Source: an uncultured Gammaproteobacteria bacterium (GTDB lineage: Bacteria > Patescibacteriota > Patescibacteriia > SG8-24). From it: 64,000 nucleotides of DNA. A model generated the notes under the pieces. The model was not told the DNA's origin, searched no databases, and worked only from the letters and a program-made list of their open reading frames with translations. Positions 1 to 8,994 of this stretch are shown here, in pieces (position 1 is the stretch's first letter; each line of letters starts with the position of its first letter). The stretch is from positions 80,501-144,500 of the forward strand of contig CAZBFO010000002.1 in NCBI GenBank assembly GCA_964491475.1, written 5' to 3'. Made by a program: the position numbers and the translations under genes.

Positions 1-598
1 TGAGGCAGGCGATGTCCTCGGGGCCAGGAGCCTTTCGGACGATCAGCGAAAGCAGCGGGGCGACGCTTGCCGGAGAGGCGCCGAACCCGTGCGCTTCCAT
101 CAGGGCGGCGTAGGACGGTGCCAACGGCTGGTTCGGCCGCAGGTCAGACGCGGGTCGTACGTACGGTTCCTTCTCATCGAAGGTCACGACCCATTTGAGG
201 TCGGGACGCCCTGCCTCGCCCGAAAGTACCTTGTCGCGAATCGCTTCGTTTGCGACGAACAGCACCTTGGGCCGGCAGTCGTTGATGATGTAGTTCCAGT
301 CCTTTTCGGACTGCGTTTCGTACATCGGCACATAGACGGCGCCAAGCGAGTAGCAAGCGAAGGCACAGACCGCCCATTCCAGGCGGTTGTTGGCGATGAT
401 CGCAACGCGGTCACCGTGCTTCACCCCCATCCAGTCCAGCCGGATCACCATCTGTTCGACCATCTCTCCGACGGCGGCGTAGGTGCGGTCAACCCAATGG
501 CCGTTGCGCTTGATCCAAAAAAGAGGCCTGTGTGCATGCGTCTTCACGCTCGAGTCGAACAGTTCCGCCAGCGTCTGGCAGCTGAATTCCTGGGTCAT
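1..598 (-). CDS. AMP-dependent synthetase/ligase (acyl-CoA synthetase family), N-terminal part; gene continues beyond the window start
   Basis: Reverse-strand translation from ATG (rev) at 596-598 reads MTQEFSCQTLAELFDSS...DRVAIIANNRLEWAVCAFACYSLGAVYVPMYETQSE..., the typical N-terminal region of AMP-binding long-chain acyl-CoA ligases. Absent from the ORF track because it has no stop in the window. Confidence 0.6.
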   Translation of the reverse strand, partial: MTQEFSCQTLAELFDSSVKTHAHRPLFWIKRNGHWVDRTYAAVGEMVEQMVIRLDWMGVKHGDRVAIIANNRLEWAVCAFACYSLGAVYVPMYETQSEKDWNYIINDCRPKVLFVANEAIRDKVLSGEAGRPDLKWVVTFDEKEPYVRPASDLRPNQPLAPSYAALMEAHGFGASPASVAPLLSLIVRKAPGPEDIACL

Positions 599-792
599 CG
601 GACCCCTCCTTTTGCACGCGTTTTTTGTAACGAACGCGGAGCGACCGTAGCGCATTTTTGCCGTTTTGTCGAGGGGGTCGAAGGGCGGTAGCGTTTTACG
701 GATGGAGGCTTGACAAACCGCCTATTTTATGATAGCTTGGCGAAGAAACGCGTTGTTCCGCATTCGGGATAGCCGTTTTGGAGGGTACAAGG

Positions 793-1278
793 ATGCACCT
801 TACGAAGAAGTCACAAGACTGCAAGACCATCAAGTCGCTGTCTTACGAGGGGGTGAAGCCCGTGCGTGGGCTGGCCGTCGACGTGGAGGCCGATTGGGCG
901 TCGGGCGATTGCCCGACGGTCAGACTCTGCCTCTCCGTGAAAGGGTCAGCTGACGAGGAAACGGTCGAGCTGGAAGAGTGTCCGACGCCGGAAACCTTTA
1001 TGGAGGCGACGCTCGACTCCGGGCTCGTGTTCCGGTTACTGGCAGACGGCGGTGACGTGAAGAGCAACCTCGCGAGTCTCCTCATCGCGCATGCAGCCTC
1101 GGTAAAGTTCGTCTACGACGAGGACGAGGACGACGGCCCCGAGCAGGTCGACGTGGAGCTCCGCCTCGGAAGGTTCGTGGGCACTTGCACCGTGAAGCGC
1201 GACGTCGCCGAGCGCTTCCTCGTCATTCCGCCCAGTCCCTGGGATGACATCCTCGGGCAGCCGCTTCCCATTTGTTGA
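793..1278 (+). CDS. hypothetical acidic protein
   Basis: ORF 778..1278; ATG at 793 preceded by GGAGGG. No recognisable motif. Followed by a compound terminator. Confidence 0.4.
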   Translation: MHLTKKSQDCKTIKSLSYEGVKPVRGLAVDVEADWASGDCPTVRLCLSVKGSADEETVELEECPTPETFMEATLDSGLVFRLLADGGDVKSNLASLLIAHAASVKFVYDEDEDDGPEQVDVELRLGRFVGTCTVKRDVAERFLVIPPSPWDDILGQPLPIC

Positions 1279-1289
1279 GGAGGCGATAA

Positions 1290-1344
1290 CAGCCGCAACC
1301 AGTAGCAAGGGTACTTGCTGCCGATTGCGGCTTTTTTGTTTTTC
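1290..1344 (+). terminator. rho-independent terminator (nested hairpins plus T-run)
   Basis: agccgcaa...agcaagggtacttgct...ttgcggct followed by tttttgttttt. Confidence 0.5.
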
Positions 1345-1448
1345 CGATCGTTTTTCGTATCCTGGCTCGAGCGTTGACAATGCGCTGGCTTTTGTATTGG
1401 CAAAAGTGTGAAATGCTCGCAAAGCACCTTCAAAAAAGGAGAAGAGCA

Positions 1449-2096
1449 ATGCGAAAGTTCCCGCTGGTCGTCGTGGACTGGAACGGCACGATGCAGGACG
1501 ACATGCATCACATCTATGAGTGCGGAGTGCAGCGCATCTTCAGGCACTACGGGCTGCCTTGCCCGACGCTCGAGGAGTACCGGCATGAAGTCACCGGCGA
1601 CTTCATGAACTCGCTGTACTGGCCGCGCGGCGTGCCGAAAAACGTGACCGCCGACGATCTCAACAAGATCATGGCCGAAGGGTTCAAGGAGAAGGGGGCG
1701 CCGCCCTCGCTGTTCCCCGATGCCGAGAAGTTCGTGCGGGCGCTGGCCGTGCGAGGGCATACGTTGGCGATTGCCAGCGCTTACGCGCAGGCCAAGCTCG
1801 ATGCTGCGGTGAAGCGCGCCGGTCTCGAAGGCATCTTCGTTCGCGTCGACGGCGACGTGCGCGACAAGGCCGAGGCGCTGCTCTCGATCATCGATCGGGT
1901 CGGCGTGAAGGGCGAGGAGTGCGCGGTCATCGGCGACACCACCGAGGACATTCTCGGCGCGGCAGCCGTCGGCGCGACGCCGTTCATCTGCACGCGGGGA
2001 TTCCATCCTGCGGACCGGCTCGAGGCCATGCGCCCCGGCGCTCCGAAGCTGGTGCTCCGCGACACGCTGCTCGACTTCCTGCCGTACTTTCCGTAA
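1449..2096 (+). CDS. HAD-superfamily hydrolase (phosphoglycolate phosphatase-like)
   Basis: RBS AAGGAG then ATG at 1449; VVVDWNGTMQDD (DxDGT-like motif I) and VIGDTTEDILGAAAVGA (motif III/IV). Confidence 0.7.
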   Translation: MRKFPLVVVDWNGTMQDDMHHIYECGVQRIFRHYGLPCPTLEEYRHEVTGDFMNSLYWPRGVPKNVTADDLNKIMAEGFKEKGAPPSLFPDAEKFVRALAVRGHTLAIASAYAQAKLDAAVKRAGLEGIFVRVDGDVRDKAEALLSIIDRVGVKGEECAVIGDTTEDILGAAAVGATPFICTRGFHPADRLEAMRPGAPKLVLRDTLLDFLPYFP

Positions 2097-2104
2097 GTCA
2101 GCCG

Positions 2105-2135
2105 GCCCCTTCGGCATGAAGGGGCTTTTTGTTTG
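2105..2135 (+). terminator. rho-independent terminator
   Basis: gcccctt-cggcatga-aggggc followed by tttttgttt. Confidence 0.5.
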
Positions 2136-2317
2136 GCGGCCTTGCCAGCTCCAACGACAGCCAGGCGATCCGCGCGGCGGAGACGCAAGGGTTCACTTCG
2201 CCCGTGGTTCTCGACACGCACGTCGGCTTCGTCAGCTGGCAAGGTTGCGGCAAGGGCTGCACGGTTCGCACCAACTGAACTGCAGGCATTCGCTCCGGCT
2301 CATCGGCCGGAGTTTTT

Positions 2318-2346
2318 TCATAAGAAAAACCCCGCAGTTGCGGGGC
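2318..2346 (-). terminator. rho-independent terminator for the minus-strand add gene
   Basis: ccccgc-agtt-gcgggg hairpin; the T-run is on the minus strand (aagaaaaa on the plus strand), directly downstream of the stop at 2352. Confidence 0.45.
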
Positions 2347-2351
2347 GTGAT

Positions 2352-3326
2352 TCACTTTCGACCGCGGCCGAGGCGCGCCGTGCGGCCGTAGGACTCGAGC
2401 TTGGCGCATTGCGCCCGGGTGAATCCGTACCGGGCGTCGCAGGCTTCCAGCACTTGCGGCATGTTCGGCAGGAACAGGTCGTCGTCGGCGTTGAAGGTGT
2501 AGATGACGCCCATGTCCAGCAGGTAATCGAGGCCGAGGTCCGCCAGGTCCGCGATGCAGCCCAACGTGAGGTTCGAGAGCGGGCATCCGGAGACGCGGAT
2601 GCCCTCGTTGATCACGTGCTTCGTGAGCCTGTGGTCGTCGATCAGCGGAATGGCGTGGCTGACGCCGTGGCACTTCAGGTCGTAGACCGCCGTGCGCAGG
2701 TTTTTCAGCAGCCTCTGTCGGTACGATCGCCTCGGTTCCGGCGAGACCCACTCGCCGGCGTGACAGTCGCGTCGCACGTTGGTGCCGAAGGTCAGCTTGT
2801 AGGCGGGCAGGTGCTTTTCGGGCGGGTGATCGGCCTCGTCGCAGGCGAGGTCGAGGACCACGTCGCCGCCGTATTCGAGGACGATCTTGGCGATTTCCAC
2901 GCCGACGTCCGGGGACGCCTCGCGCCCGATGCAAACTTGCGGCACGATTTCGACGCCGTAGAGGTTTCCGGCCTTCCAGAGGCCGTTGCACATCGCCGCG
3001 ACAACCTCCTTCATGGTGAGTCCGCCCGCGGTGTGATACTGCGGCGCGAACTTCGCCTCGACGTACTCGTAGCCTTCCTGCGCGCGCTTCTTCGCATACG
3101 CGTCGGCGGCCAGGGTCAGCGCCTCATCGCTCTGCAGCACCGACGTCACCGTGGCGAACTTGCCGACGATGTTCTGGTGCGTGTCGCGGCAATTCGCCAG
3201 CCAAGCGGAGTGCGATTCGAACGGGAACGGCTTCCCGGCCATCAGGTAGAGATTCTCGATGATGTCGGCCATGGCCGCGCTCCCGTCGACGTGGTCGTGC
3301 GTGAGCGTGCGAATCTTCGGTTGCAT
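2352..3326 (-). CDS. add: adenosine deaminase
   Basis: Metal-binding LTHDHVDGS (HxHxDG), HAGE, and C-terminal FNADDDL (SLNTDDP-like) motifs. Start chosen at MQPKIRTL (ATG rev 3324-3326). The upstream part of the track ORF overlaps the divergent promoter region. Confidence 0.75.
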   Translation of the reverse strand: MQPKIRTLTHDHVDGSAAMADIIENLYLMAGKPFPFESHSAWLANCRDTHQNIVGKFATVTSVLQSDEALTLAADAYAKKRAQEGYEYVEAKFAPQYHTAGGLTMKEVVAAMCNGLWKAGNLYGVEIVPQVCIGREASPDVGVEIAKIVLEYGGDVVLDLACDEADHPPEKHLPAYKLTFGTNVRRDCHAGEWVSPEPRRSYRQRLLKNLRTAVYDLKCHGVSHAIPLIDDHRLTKHVINEGIRVSGCPLSNLTLGCIADLADLGLDYLLDMGVIYTFNADDDLFLPNMPQVLEACDARYGFTRAQCAKLESYGRTARLGRGRK

Positions 3327-3428
3327 CGCTGGTCCTTTCAAAAAGAGCTTTTGGCCACTTAATCGCATTGCCCGCGCGCGGTCAATGCCGCTCCTTTCGA
3401 CTTTCTTTTCTCCAAGTTGCAGCTCGGA

Positions 3429-3434
3429 TATAAT
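3429..3434 (+). promoter_or_regulatory. perfect TATAAT -10 box ending 7 nt before ATG 3441 (possible leaderless transcript); -35 is poor
   Basis: tataat at 3429-3434; ATG at 3441; no SD in between. Confidence 0.3.
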
Positions 3435-3440
3435 GGGCCA

Positions 3441-3617
3441 ATGAAGAAATTTGCCGATCAGCAACAAGCCAACAGCGCACTCATGGCCGCATGGGAACGG
3501 TTCGCCGCAAAGATGGACCGTATCCGCAAGTCGGTCATCAGCGTGTTGCAGGGCGTCGACCAGCGGCGCAGCGCAAAAGAGGCCGATGAGCTAAGAAAGC
3601 GCATTCAAGACTTATGA
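3441..3617 (+). CDS. small hypothetical protein (58 aa), first gene of a translationally coupled trio
   Basis: MKKFADQQQANSALMAAWERFAAKMDRIRK...; its stop overlaps the next start (ATGA at 3614-3617). Confidence 0.4.
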   Translation: MKKFADQQQANSALMAAWERFAAKMDRIRKSVISVLQGVDQRRSAKEADELRKRIQDL

Positions 3618-5275
3618 TTTCTGCACAGGAAGCACTGCCACGGAACGAACGCGAACGGAAAGAAGAGGCGCCGAAGGTGCCGGAAAAGCCTGCCGATCCG
3701 AGAGAAACGGGCAAGCAAATGCGCCAGGAAGGCACTCGGCTTACCGATGACGTCATGGAGTCAATCGATTCCGCGTGGGACGCGGCCGAGTCCCTCGGCG
3801 AGACGGGCGCGGAGACGGAACTTGAGTCGCTGCGCGACCAAGCCATCGACGCGAAAAAGGAGCTCGACGACTCGCTCGGCGAGATTGATTCCGGCTGGAC
3901 GGAAGATGAAGAGAAGGCTCCGGACACCGTGCGGGAGGACAGCGCGGCGGAAACGGCCGAGCTTGGCGAAAAAGAATTCGAGGCAGTGCAAGAGGCCGCA
4001 CGTCTGGCAGAAGACGTCCTCAACAGCGACGAGGGCTATTTTGAGGGCCTCGAAACGCTCTCAAGCATGGCCGCAGAAAATCCCGCAAAGCGCCAGGAGA
4101 TCCTCAAGCTCATGAAGGAACGCCTTGGCAATAGGGCGGCGGAAATCCTCGATTCTCCCGAGTTGCGCCGGGACCTGGCTGGCATGCAGGAACGCCTGGG
4201 CGGCCGCTGGGGCAACGAAAACGGTCCGCAAATCGCCACGGAACTGACGCTCGTCCGCTTGCTCGGCTTGCGCGAAACCATGGGATCGAACCCCGAACAG
4301 TTCGTGTCAGTCATCGACATGAAACGACGGCTCGAAGCCGCGGGCAACCCCGATACGTCCGACTATTCCGGCGGTCAGGAGATCCTCAACATCATGGAGT
4401 CCAAGGTGGATCCGGAGACCGGGGAGCTCACCGTCCGCGTCGAGGCGAACTTCATGCATGACGGAGCCATAGTCACCCGTGAATTCTCCAGGAGCGTCGA
4501 GAAGGGCAAGGACGGGAAGCCTCGAGTGAGGAAGAGCGTCGAACATTCGCTGCTGCTGCTTCCCGAACACATGAAAGCCAACGGCCTCGCCGCGGACCTC
4601 ACCCGCGATTCCCTGGCGGAGTATGACAAGATGGGCGTCGACGAGGTGACGCTCCACGCGGACATCGACATGGGCAGTTATGCCTGGGCCGCGTACGGCT
4701 ACGGCTGGGACAAGCAGGGGATGGCCGAGGCTTTCATGAAGTCGAGGAACAACGAGGAGTCTGAAATCGAGGTAGGCGGCGGCGTAAAGAAGGTCAAAGA
4801 CCTGACCCTCGACGAAAAATCGTCGCTGCTTGAAAGCAACAGGGAGGAATTGGCGCTCAAGGAAGTCGTCAGCGTCGTCAAAAAAGGACGCGAAAAAATT
4901 CAAAGCTGGCTGATAGACAGCGGGCTGGCCGAAGCGGGACCGCTGCTTGCGGAGCTCGACGCCCTCGAAAAGAATCCGCTCACTGTCACGCCGCAGACGA
5001 TGGCCGAGCTCGGCCGCAGCGGACCCAAGTTCTACCGCGACGAAAACAGCACCTGGTACAACGAAGCCACACTGGCCGAGGCGGTCACTGACGGCCGGAT
5101 CACCGCCAAGGAGGCCGAGGATGCCAAGAAAAAACCGTTCCATGCGGGCAAGATTGCGCTGCAGGACAACAGCTGGTTCGGCGCGATTGACCTCAAGCCC
5201 GACGGCGATCAGGGCGGCATGAATCGGAAGATGCTCGAAAAGTACCTTGCGAAGTCTTCTAACAAGAGCCAGTGA
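3614..5275 (+). CDS. hypothetical 553-aa protein with an acidic, low-complexity N-terminal third and a globular C-terminal part
   Basis: Long ORF with start/stop coupling to both neighbours. No signal peptide and no known motif recognised (distinctive ...LHADIDMGSYAWAAYGYGWDKQGM...). Confidence 0.5.
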   Translation: MISAQEALPRNERERKEEAPKVPEKPADPRETGKQMRQEGTRLTDDVMESIDSAWDAAESLGETGAETELESLRDQAIDAKKELDDSLGEIDSGWTEDEEKAPDTVREDSAAETAELGEKEFEAVQEAARLAEDVLNSDEGYFEGLETLSSMAAENPAKRQEILKLMKERLGNRAAEILDSPELRRDLAGMQERLGGRWGNENGPQIATELTLVRLLGLRETMGSNPEQFVSVIDMKRRLEAAGNPDTSDYSGGQEILNIMESKVDPETGELTVRVEANFMHDGAIVTREFSRSVEKGKDGKPRVRKSVEHSLLLLPEHMKANGLAADLTRDSLAEYDKMGVDEVTLHADIDMGSYAWAAYGYGWDKQGMAEAFMKSRNNEESEIEVGGGVKKVKDLTLDEKSSLLESNREELALKEVVSVVKKGREKIQSWLIDSGLAEAGPLLAELDALEKNPLTVTPQTMAELGRSGPKFYRDENSTWYNEATLAEAVTDGRITAKEAEDAKKKPFHAGKIALQDNSWFGAIDLKPDGDQGGMNRKMLEKYLAKSSNKSQ

Positions 5276-5610
5276 ACCTTATGATTGAGCGATCTCGCGG
5301 TATGGATCCAGACAGCGACAAGAAGGCGATGGAGGGCCGTCAAGTCGGCACGGACGGGCGGGAACTCGGCGACGCGGACTTTCATGCGAAAGGATACGAT
5401 TTCACTCCGGAAAAGGAACAGGAGGCGCTGGATGGCATCGCGGAACAGGAGATCGCGCTTGAGGAGCAGCAGGTAAAGTCCATCGCCGAGAATAGCGCCG
5501 AACTCGGCGTGAACGGGTACCGGCAGCTCATCAATCGTCACCCCGACGACCCGCGCGTCGATGCTTGGCGAAAGGCGATTAATCGGCTGGAATCCGGCAA
5601 TGCGGAGTGA
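5272..5610 (+). CDS. hypothetical acidic 112-aa protein, third coupled gene
   Basis: ATG overlaps the stop of the upstream gene. Followed by a bidirectional terminator. Confidence 0.45.
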   Translation: MNLMIERSRGMDPDSDKKAMEGRQVGTDGRELGDADFHAKGYDFTPEKEQEALDGIAEQEIALEEQQVKSIAENSAELGVNGYRQLINRHPDDPRVDAWRKAINRLESGNAE

Positions 5611-5630
5611 GACGTCAGCGCAAAAAGAAA

Positions 5631-5651
5631 AGCACGCTTCGCAGGCGTGCT
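5631..5651. terminator. bidirectional rho-independent terminator between convergent genes
   Basis: agcacgc-ttcgcag-gcgtgct hairpin flanked by an A-run (5' side) and T-run (3' side). Confidence 0.5.
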
Positions 5652-5671
5652 TTTAAGTTACGTTCGCGGGT

Positions 5672-6547
5672 TCAGTGCGTCGTTGCGGCTTCCAGCGTCA
5701 TGCGATGCAGCTCTACCACGCCGTCGGCATTCAGCCGGCGGCCGGCGTAGCCACCGGCGACGGTGAATGCGACCGGCACTCCGGCCTTTTTGCCCCAGTC
5801 GAAGACCAGGCGTTCGCGGTCGCGCAGCATCTCCTTGGTGATGCCTCGTAGCCCGCCGATGTCGCAGAGCTCGTACGGGTCCATCCCGGCGTTGTAGATG
5901 CACAGGGCGAAGTCGTTGCCGACCTCGTCCAGGCGTTTCGCGATGACCTTCAGATACTGTTGCTCGTCATGGACCAGGTCGAGCGTGTTGCCGCCGGAAG
6001 GGCGGTAGACGTCGAATGGGCAGACGGACACGTCCACGCTTCGGGCCCAGGGCATGTCGCCCAGCAGCTCATGCGTGCCGCCTCCGCAGTGGGCGTCCAA
6101 GTCAAGGACGAGAACTCTGCCGCCGATCTTGCGATGTGCGATGATGGCGGCGAGCGCGAGGCCGTTGAAGGTGCAGAACCCGTCGCCTCGCGCGAATCGG
6201 GCGTGGTGCAGGCCGCTCGAAAGCGTCCCTGCCACGCCGTCGTCGAGCGCCGCCATGGATGCGGCGACTACGCCTCCGGTGGAGGCGCAGACGGCGTTCC
6301 AGATGTTCTCGTCCCACGGGAACCCTTGGCTTTGCGCCCGGGACCTCGGAACGCCGGTCATGACGGAAGTCACGTACTCCTTTTCGTGGATTTCGGTCAG
6401 CTCCTCGTATGAGACCGGTGCAGGCGGCCGCATCTCGATGCCCGTCAGCGGTCGCTTAGAGAGGCTCTCGGCGATGTGGGCGGACTTGCGCGTCGTGTCG
6501 AATTCATGCCCTGAACTTGCGTAGATTTGACTGAAAAAGAGCTTCAT
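5672..6547 (-). CDS. histone deacetylase-family protein (AcuC / acetylpolyamine amidohydrolase-like)
   Basis: SGLHHARFARGDGFCTFNGLALAA, VLVLDLDAHCGGGT and GGGY motifs of the arginase/deacetylase fold; RBS AAGGAG before ATG (rev) at 6547. Confidence 0.75.
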   Translation of the reverse strand: MKLFFSQIYASSGHEFDTTRKSAHIAESLSKRPLTGIEMRPPAPVSYEELTEIHEKEYVTSVMTGVPRSRAQSQGFPWDENIWNAVCASTGGVVAASMAALDDGVAGTLSSGLHHARFARGDGFCTFNGLALAAIIAHRKIGGRVLVLDLDAHCGGGTHELLGDMPWARSVDVSVCPFDVYRPSGGNTLDLVHDEQQYLKVIAKRLDEVGNDFALCIYNAGMDPYELCDIGGLRGITKEMLRDRERLVFDWGKKAGVPVAFTVAGGYAGRRLNADGVVELHRMTLEAATTH

Positions 6548-6654
6548 TTGTTGACTCCTTGGTCAAAGGATTAGACCATAAAAACGGCTTTTTGTCAATG
6601 CTGACGGACTCGCTTTTGCTGGTCAACATGGCTCTTTTTTGCTAAAATAAGGTC

Positions 6655-8103
6655 ATGCGCGGTAAACATTTCTCCTTCGGCAACGGCAGCGTGGCCGCCC
6701 TGCTGGTTTTGGCCTCATTTGCGATTGCTTCGGGGGCGTTTGCCGCTTCTGGCACGGCCGCCGCAAAGGTCAGCAAGAACGTGGCGGTGTGGCAGTGGGG
6801 TGATTTCACGAAAGTTCCGACCGCCGTCCGCAACTTCGCGCCATTCGATGGCGCCGGTGCCGGCTCGATTGCCGTGCGGGACCTCGGCAGCGACGGTGTC
6901 GACGAGATCGTGGTCGGGTCGGGGTTCGGCGCGCCCTCCTCGGTGCGCGTGCTGCGTGCCGACGGCTCCAAGATTTTGGCATTCGCCCCGTTCGACAAGA
7001 CCATGCTGCAGGGAGTGAACGTGGCCGTCGGCGACCTGGACGGCGACGGCAAATCCGAGATCGTCGTGGGCACCGGTCCCGGTGCCGACGCGCGGGTGCG
7101 GGTGTTCGACAGCATGGGCAAGCCAAAGATTTTCCCCGACGGCCTGACGCCGTTCGCCTCGGACTTCCGCGGGGGAGTCAACGTGGCCATAGCCGACGTC
7201 GACGGCGACGGCAAGAACGACCTGATTACGTCCGCAGGTCCGACGGGCGGACCTGAAGTGAAGATTTGGAGCGGTTCCGGACTGTTGCTCGGTGACTTTT
7301 TTGCCTTTGATAACGGTCAGACCCAGGGGCTGCACATAGCTGTCGGCGACTTGGACGGCGACGGCAAATCCGAAATCGTGACGGCGCTCGAAGCCAACTC
7401 GCTGGCGTACGTCCGCGTCTTTTCCGGCGTGACCGGCACGAAGGTGGCCGAATTCCTTTCCATCGGTGACGGTTTCAGCGGCGGTCTCAATGTGGCCGTC
7501 GGTGACGTGAACGGCGACGGTAAGAACGAGATCGTCGTGGCGCCGAACGGCGAGGGGGGCCCTCGCGTCTTCGCATACGACATGCACGGCACGGCGCTCG
7601 GAAACTTCTTCGCCTACGACGAGGCCTATCGCGGCGGCGTGCTGCTCGCGGTCGGCAAGCTGGGCGACGGCAAGGCTTCCTCGCTGGTAACCGTGCCGGC
7701 CGAACGCACCGTCGACGGTCGCCCGCAGTTCGCCAAGTACGTCATGGTCGACGTTTCGGAACAGCGCCTGCGCGCCTTCGAATACGGCAAGCTGGTGAAG
7801 ACCTTCCTGGTGGCCACTGGCATGAAGAAATATCCCAGTCCGATCGGCGACTTCTCGGTCACGGAGAAACCGTACAAGGTGAACTACAAGTGGAACTACG
7901 GGCCGGGCAACCCCGACAACTACGATCTCGGCTGGGTCACCTGGAACTTGCGGTTCGCTCCCCACACCTACATCCACTATGCGCCGTGGCGCAAGGTGTT
8001 CGGCGTCCGCGGCAGTCACGGCTGCGTCAACGTCAGCAAGACCAATGCCGAGTGGATCTACGATTGGGGCGACGTCGGCATGCCCGTCACCATTCAGCCG
8101 TAA
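6655..8103 (+). CDS. secreted FG-GAP/VCBS-repeat protein with a C-terminal L,D-transpeptidase (YkuD) catalytic domain
   Basis: N-terminal signal peptide, then at least six repeats of the type VAVGDLDGDGKSEIVVG / IADVDGDGKNDLITS / VGDVNGDGKNEIVVA. The C-terminus carries YAPW...GVRGSHGCVNVS (the SHGC[VI]R-type LDT active-site motif). Confidence 0.75.
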   Translation: MRGKHFSFGNGSVAALLVLASFAIASGAFAASGTAAAKVSKNVAVWQWGDFTKVPTAVRNFAPFDGAGAGSIAVRDLGSDGVDEIVVGSGFGAPSSVRVLRADGSKILAFAPFDKTMLQGVNVAVGDLDGDGKSEIVVGTGPGADARVRVFDSMGKPKIFPDGLTPFASDFRGGVNVAIADVDGDGKNDLITSAGPTGGPEVKIWSGSGLLLGDFFAFDNGQTQGLHIAVGDLDGDGKSEIVTALEANSLAYVRVFSGVTGTKVAEFLSIGDGFSGGLNVAVGDVNGDGKNEIVVAPNGEGGPRVFAYDMHGTALGNFFAYDEAYRGGVLLAVGKLGDGKASSLVTVPAERTVDGRPQFAKYVMVDVSEQRLRAFEYGKLVKTFLVATGMKKYPSPIGDFSVTEKPYKVNYKWNYGPGNPDNYDLGWVTWNLRFAPHTYIHYAPWRKVFGVRGSHGCVNVSKTNAEWIYDWGDVGMPVTIQP

Positions 8104-8127
8104 GCCGCGGACGTCGCGGCTTTTTTG
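8104..8127 (+). terminator. rho-independent terminator
   Basis: gccgcg-gacgt-cgcggc followed by tttttt. Confidence 0.5.
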
Positions 8128-8130
8128 CGC

Positions 8131-8162
8131 AAAAAAATCCCCGCGACGGATGTCGAGGGGAA
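8131..8162 (-). terminator. putative terminator for the minus-strand ABC operon
   Basis: Imperfect ccccgcgac/gtcgagggg hairpin with the T-run on the minus strand. Confidence 0.35.
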
Positions 8163-8167
8163 GGGTT

Positions 8168-8992
8168 TCAGAGCGTGTTGAACTTCTCGCGGATTTCGCG
8201 GACCGTGTCGGCGAAAGCCGGATGTTTGGTGACGTCCGGCTGCCATGCCAGGCCGCGTTCGATCAGGTTGATGGTCTCCTTGACGTAGGCGCCTGGGACG
8301 ACGTTTCCTTCGGCGTCGCGGTCGCGGCCGATCAGCCAGATGGTGTCGGCGATCTGCACGCTCGAGGCGATGTCATGCGTCACCACGATGATGGTGGTGA
8401 GCTCGTTCAGCGCCGCGACCTCCGCGATGATCTCGCAGGCCTCGTCCTTCATGACGGGATCGAGGCCGGAGAACGGCTCGTCCATCAGCAGGAAGTGGTC
8501 GCTGCACATCAGCTGGCGGATGATGGCCACGCGCTGCTTCTGTCCGCCGGAGAGCTTCTTGGGAAAGCAGTCCTTCTTGTCCAGCAGCTTGAAGCGTTCC
8601 AGGAAGTCGTGGGCCTTTTTTGCCGCGGCTTTGGGCGCGAGTCCGCCCAGCTTGCCCGCGCGCATCAGGTTGCCCCAGACGGTGCGGTGCCGGAAGAGCG
8701 GATAGTTCTGCGGCACCACGCCGACCATGCCCGTCTGTACGGGGAGGGCCTCCTTGGTGACCAGCACTTCGCCGCTGGTCGGCTTGTTGAGTCCAGCCAG
8801 GATGCGGAACAGCTGCGTTTTGCCGATGCCCGACGGTCCGAGGATACTGACCACTTGGCCCTGGTTCTCCTTGTCGAGCCGGACCACGTCTTGGATTTCG
8901 GCGTTGAGGTCGCGCAGCACCGCCGTTTTGCCGAACGAGAGGTTGATGCCGTTGCATTTGAGCAACGTGCCGTCGTAACGATGAGCGATCAT
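8168..8992 (-). CDS. ABC transporter ATP-binding protein (NitT/TauT family, SsuB/TauB-like)
   Basis: Walker A GPSGIGKT, signature LSGGQKQR, Walker B LLMDEPFSGLD, H-loop VTHD. True start MIAHRY (ATG rev 8990-8992); the upstream 227 aa of the track ORF overlap the permease gene. Confidence 0.8.
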   Translation of the reverse strand: MIAHRYDGTLLKCNGINLSFGKTAVLRDLNAEIQDVVRLDKENQGQVVSILGPSGIGKTQLFRILAGLNKPTSGEVLVTKEALPVQTGMVGVVPQNYPLFRHRTVWGNLMRAGKLGGLAPKAAAKKAHDFLERFKLLDKKDCFPKKLSGGQKQRVAIIRQLMCSDHFLLMDEPFSGLDPVMKDEACEIIAEVAALNELTTIIVVTHDIASSVQIADTIWLIGRDRDAEGNVVPGAYVKETINLIERGLAWQPDVTKHPAFADTVREIREKFNTL

Positions 8993-8994
8993 GG

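Noticed and set aside
711-745. TTGACA followed by a weak -10 upstream of the 793 gene
   Set aside because: The -10 candidates (TATGAT at 12-nt spacing, TAGCTT at 17 nt) are poor or mis-spaced, so the promoter is not callable with confidence.
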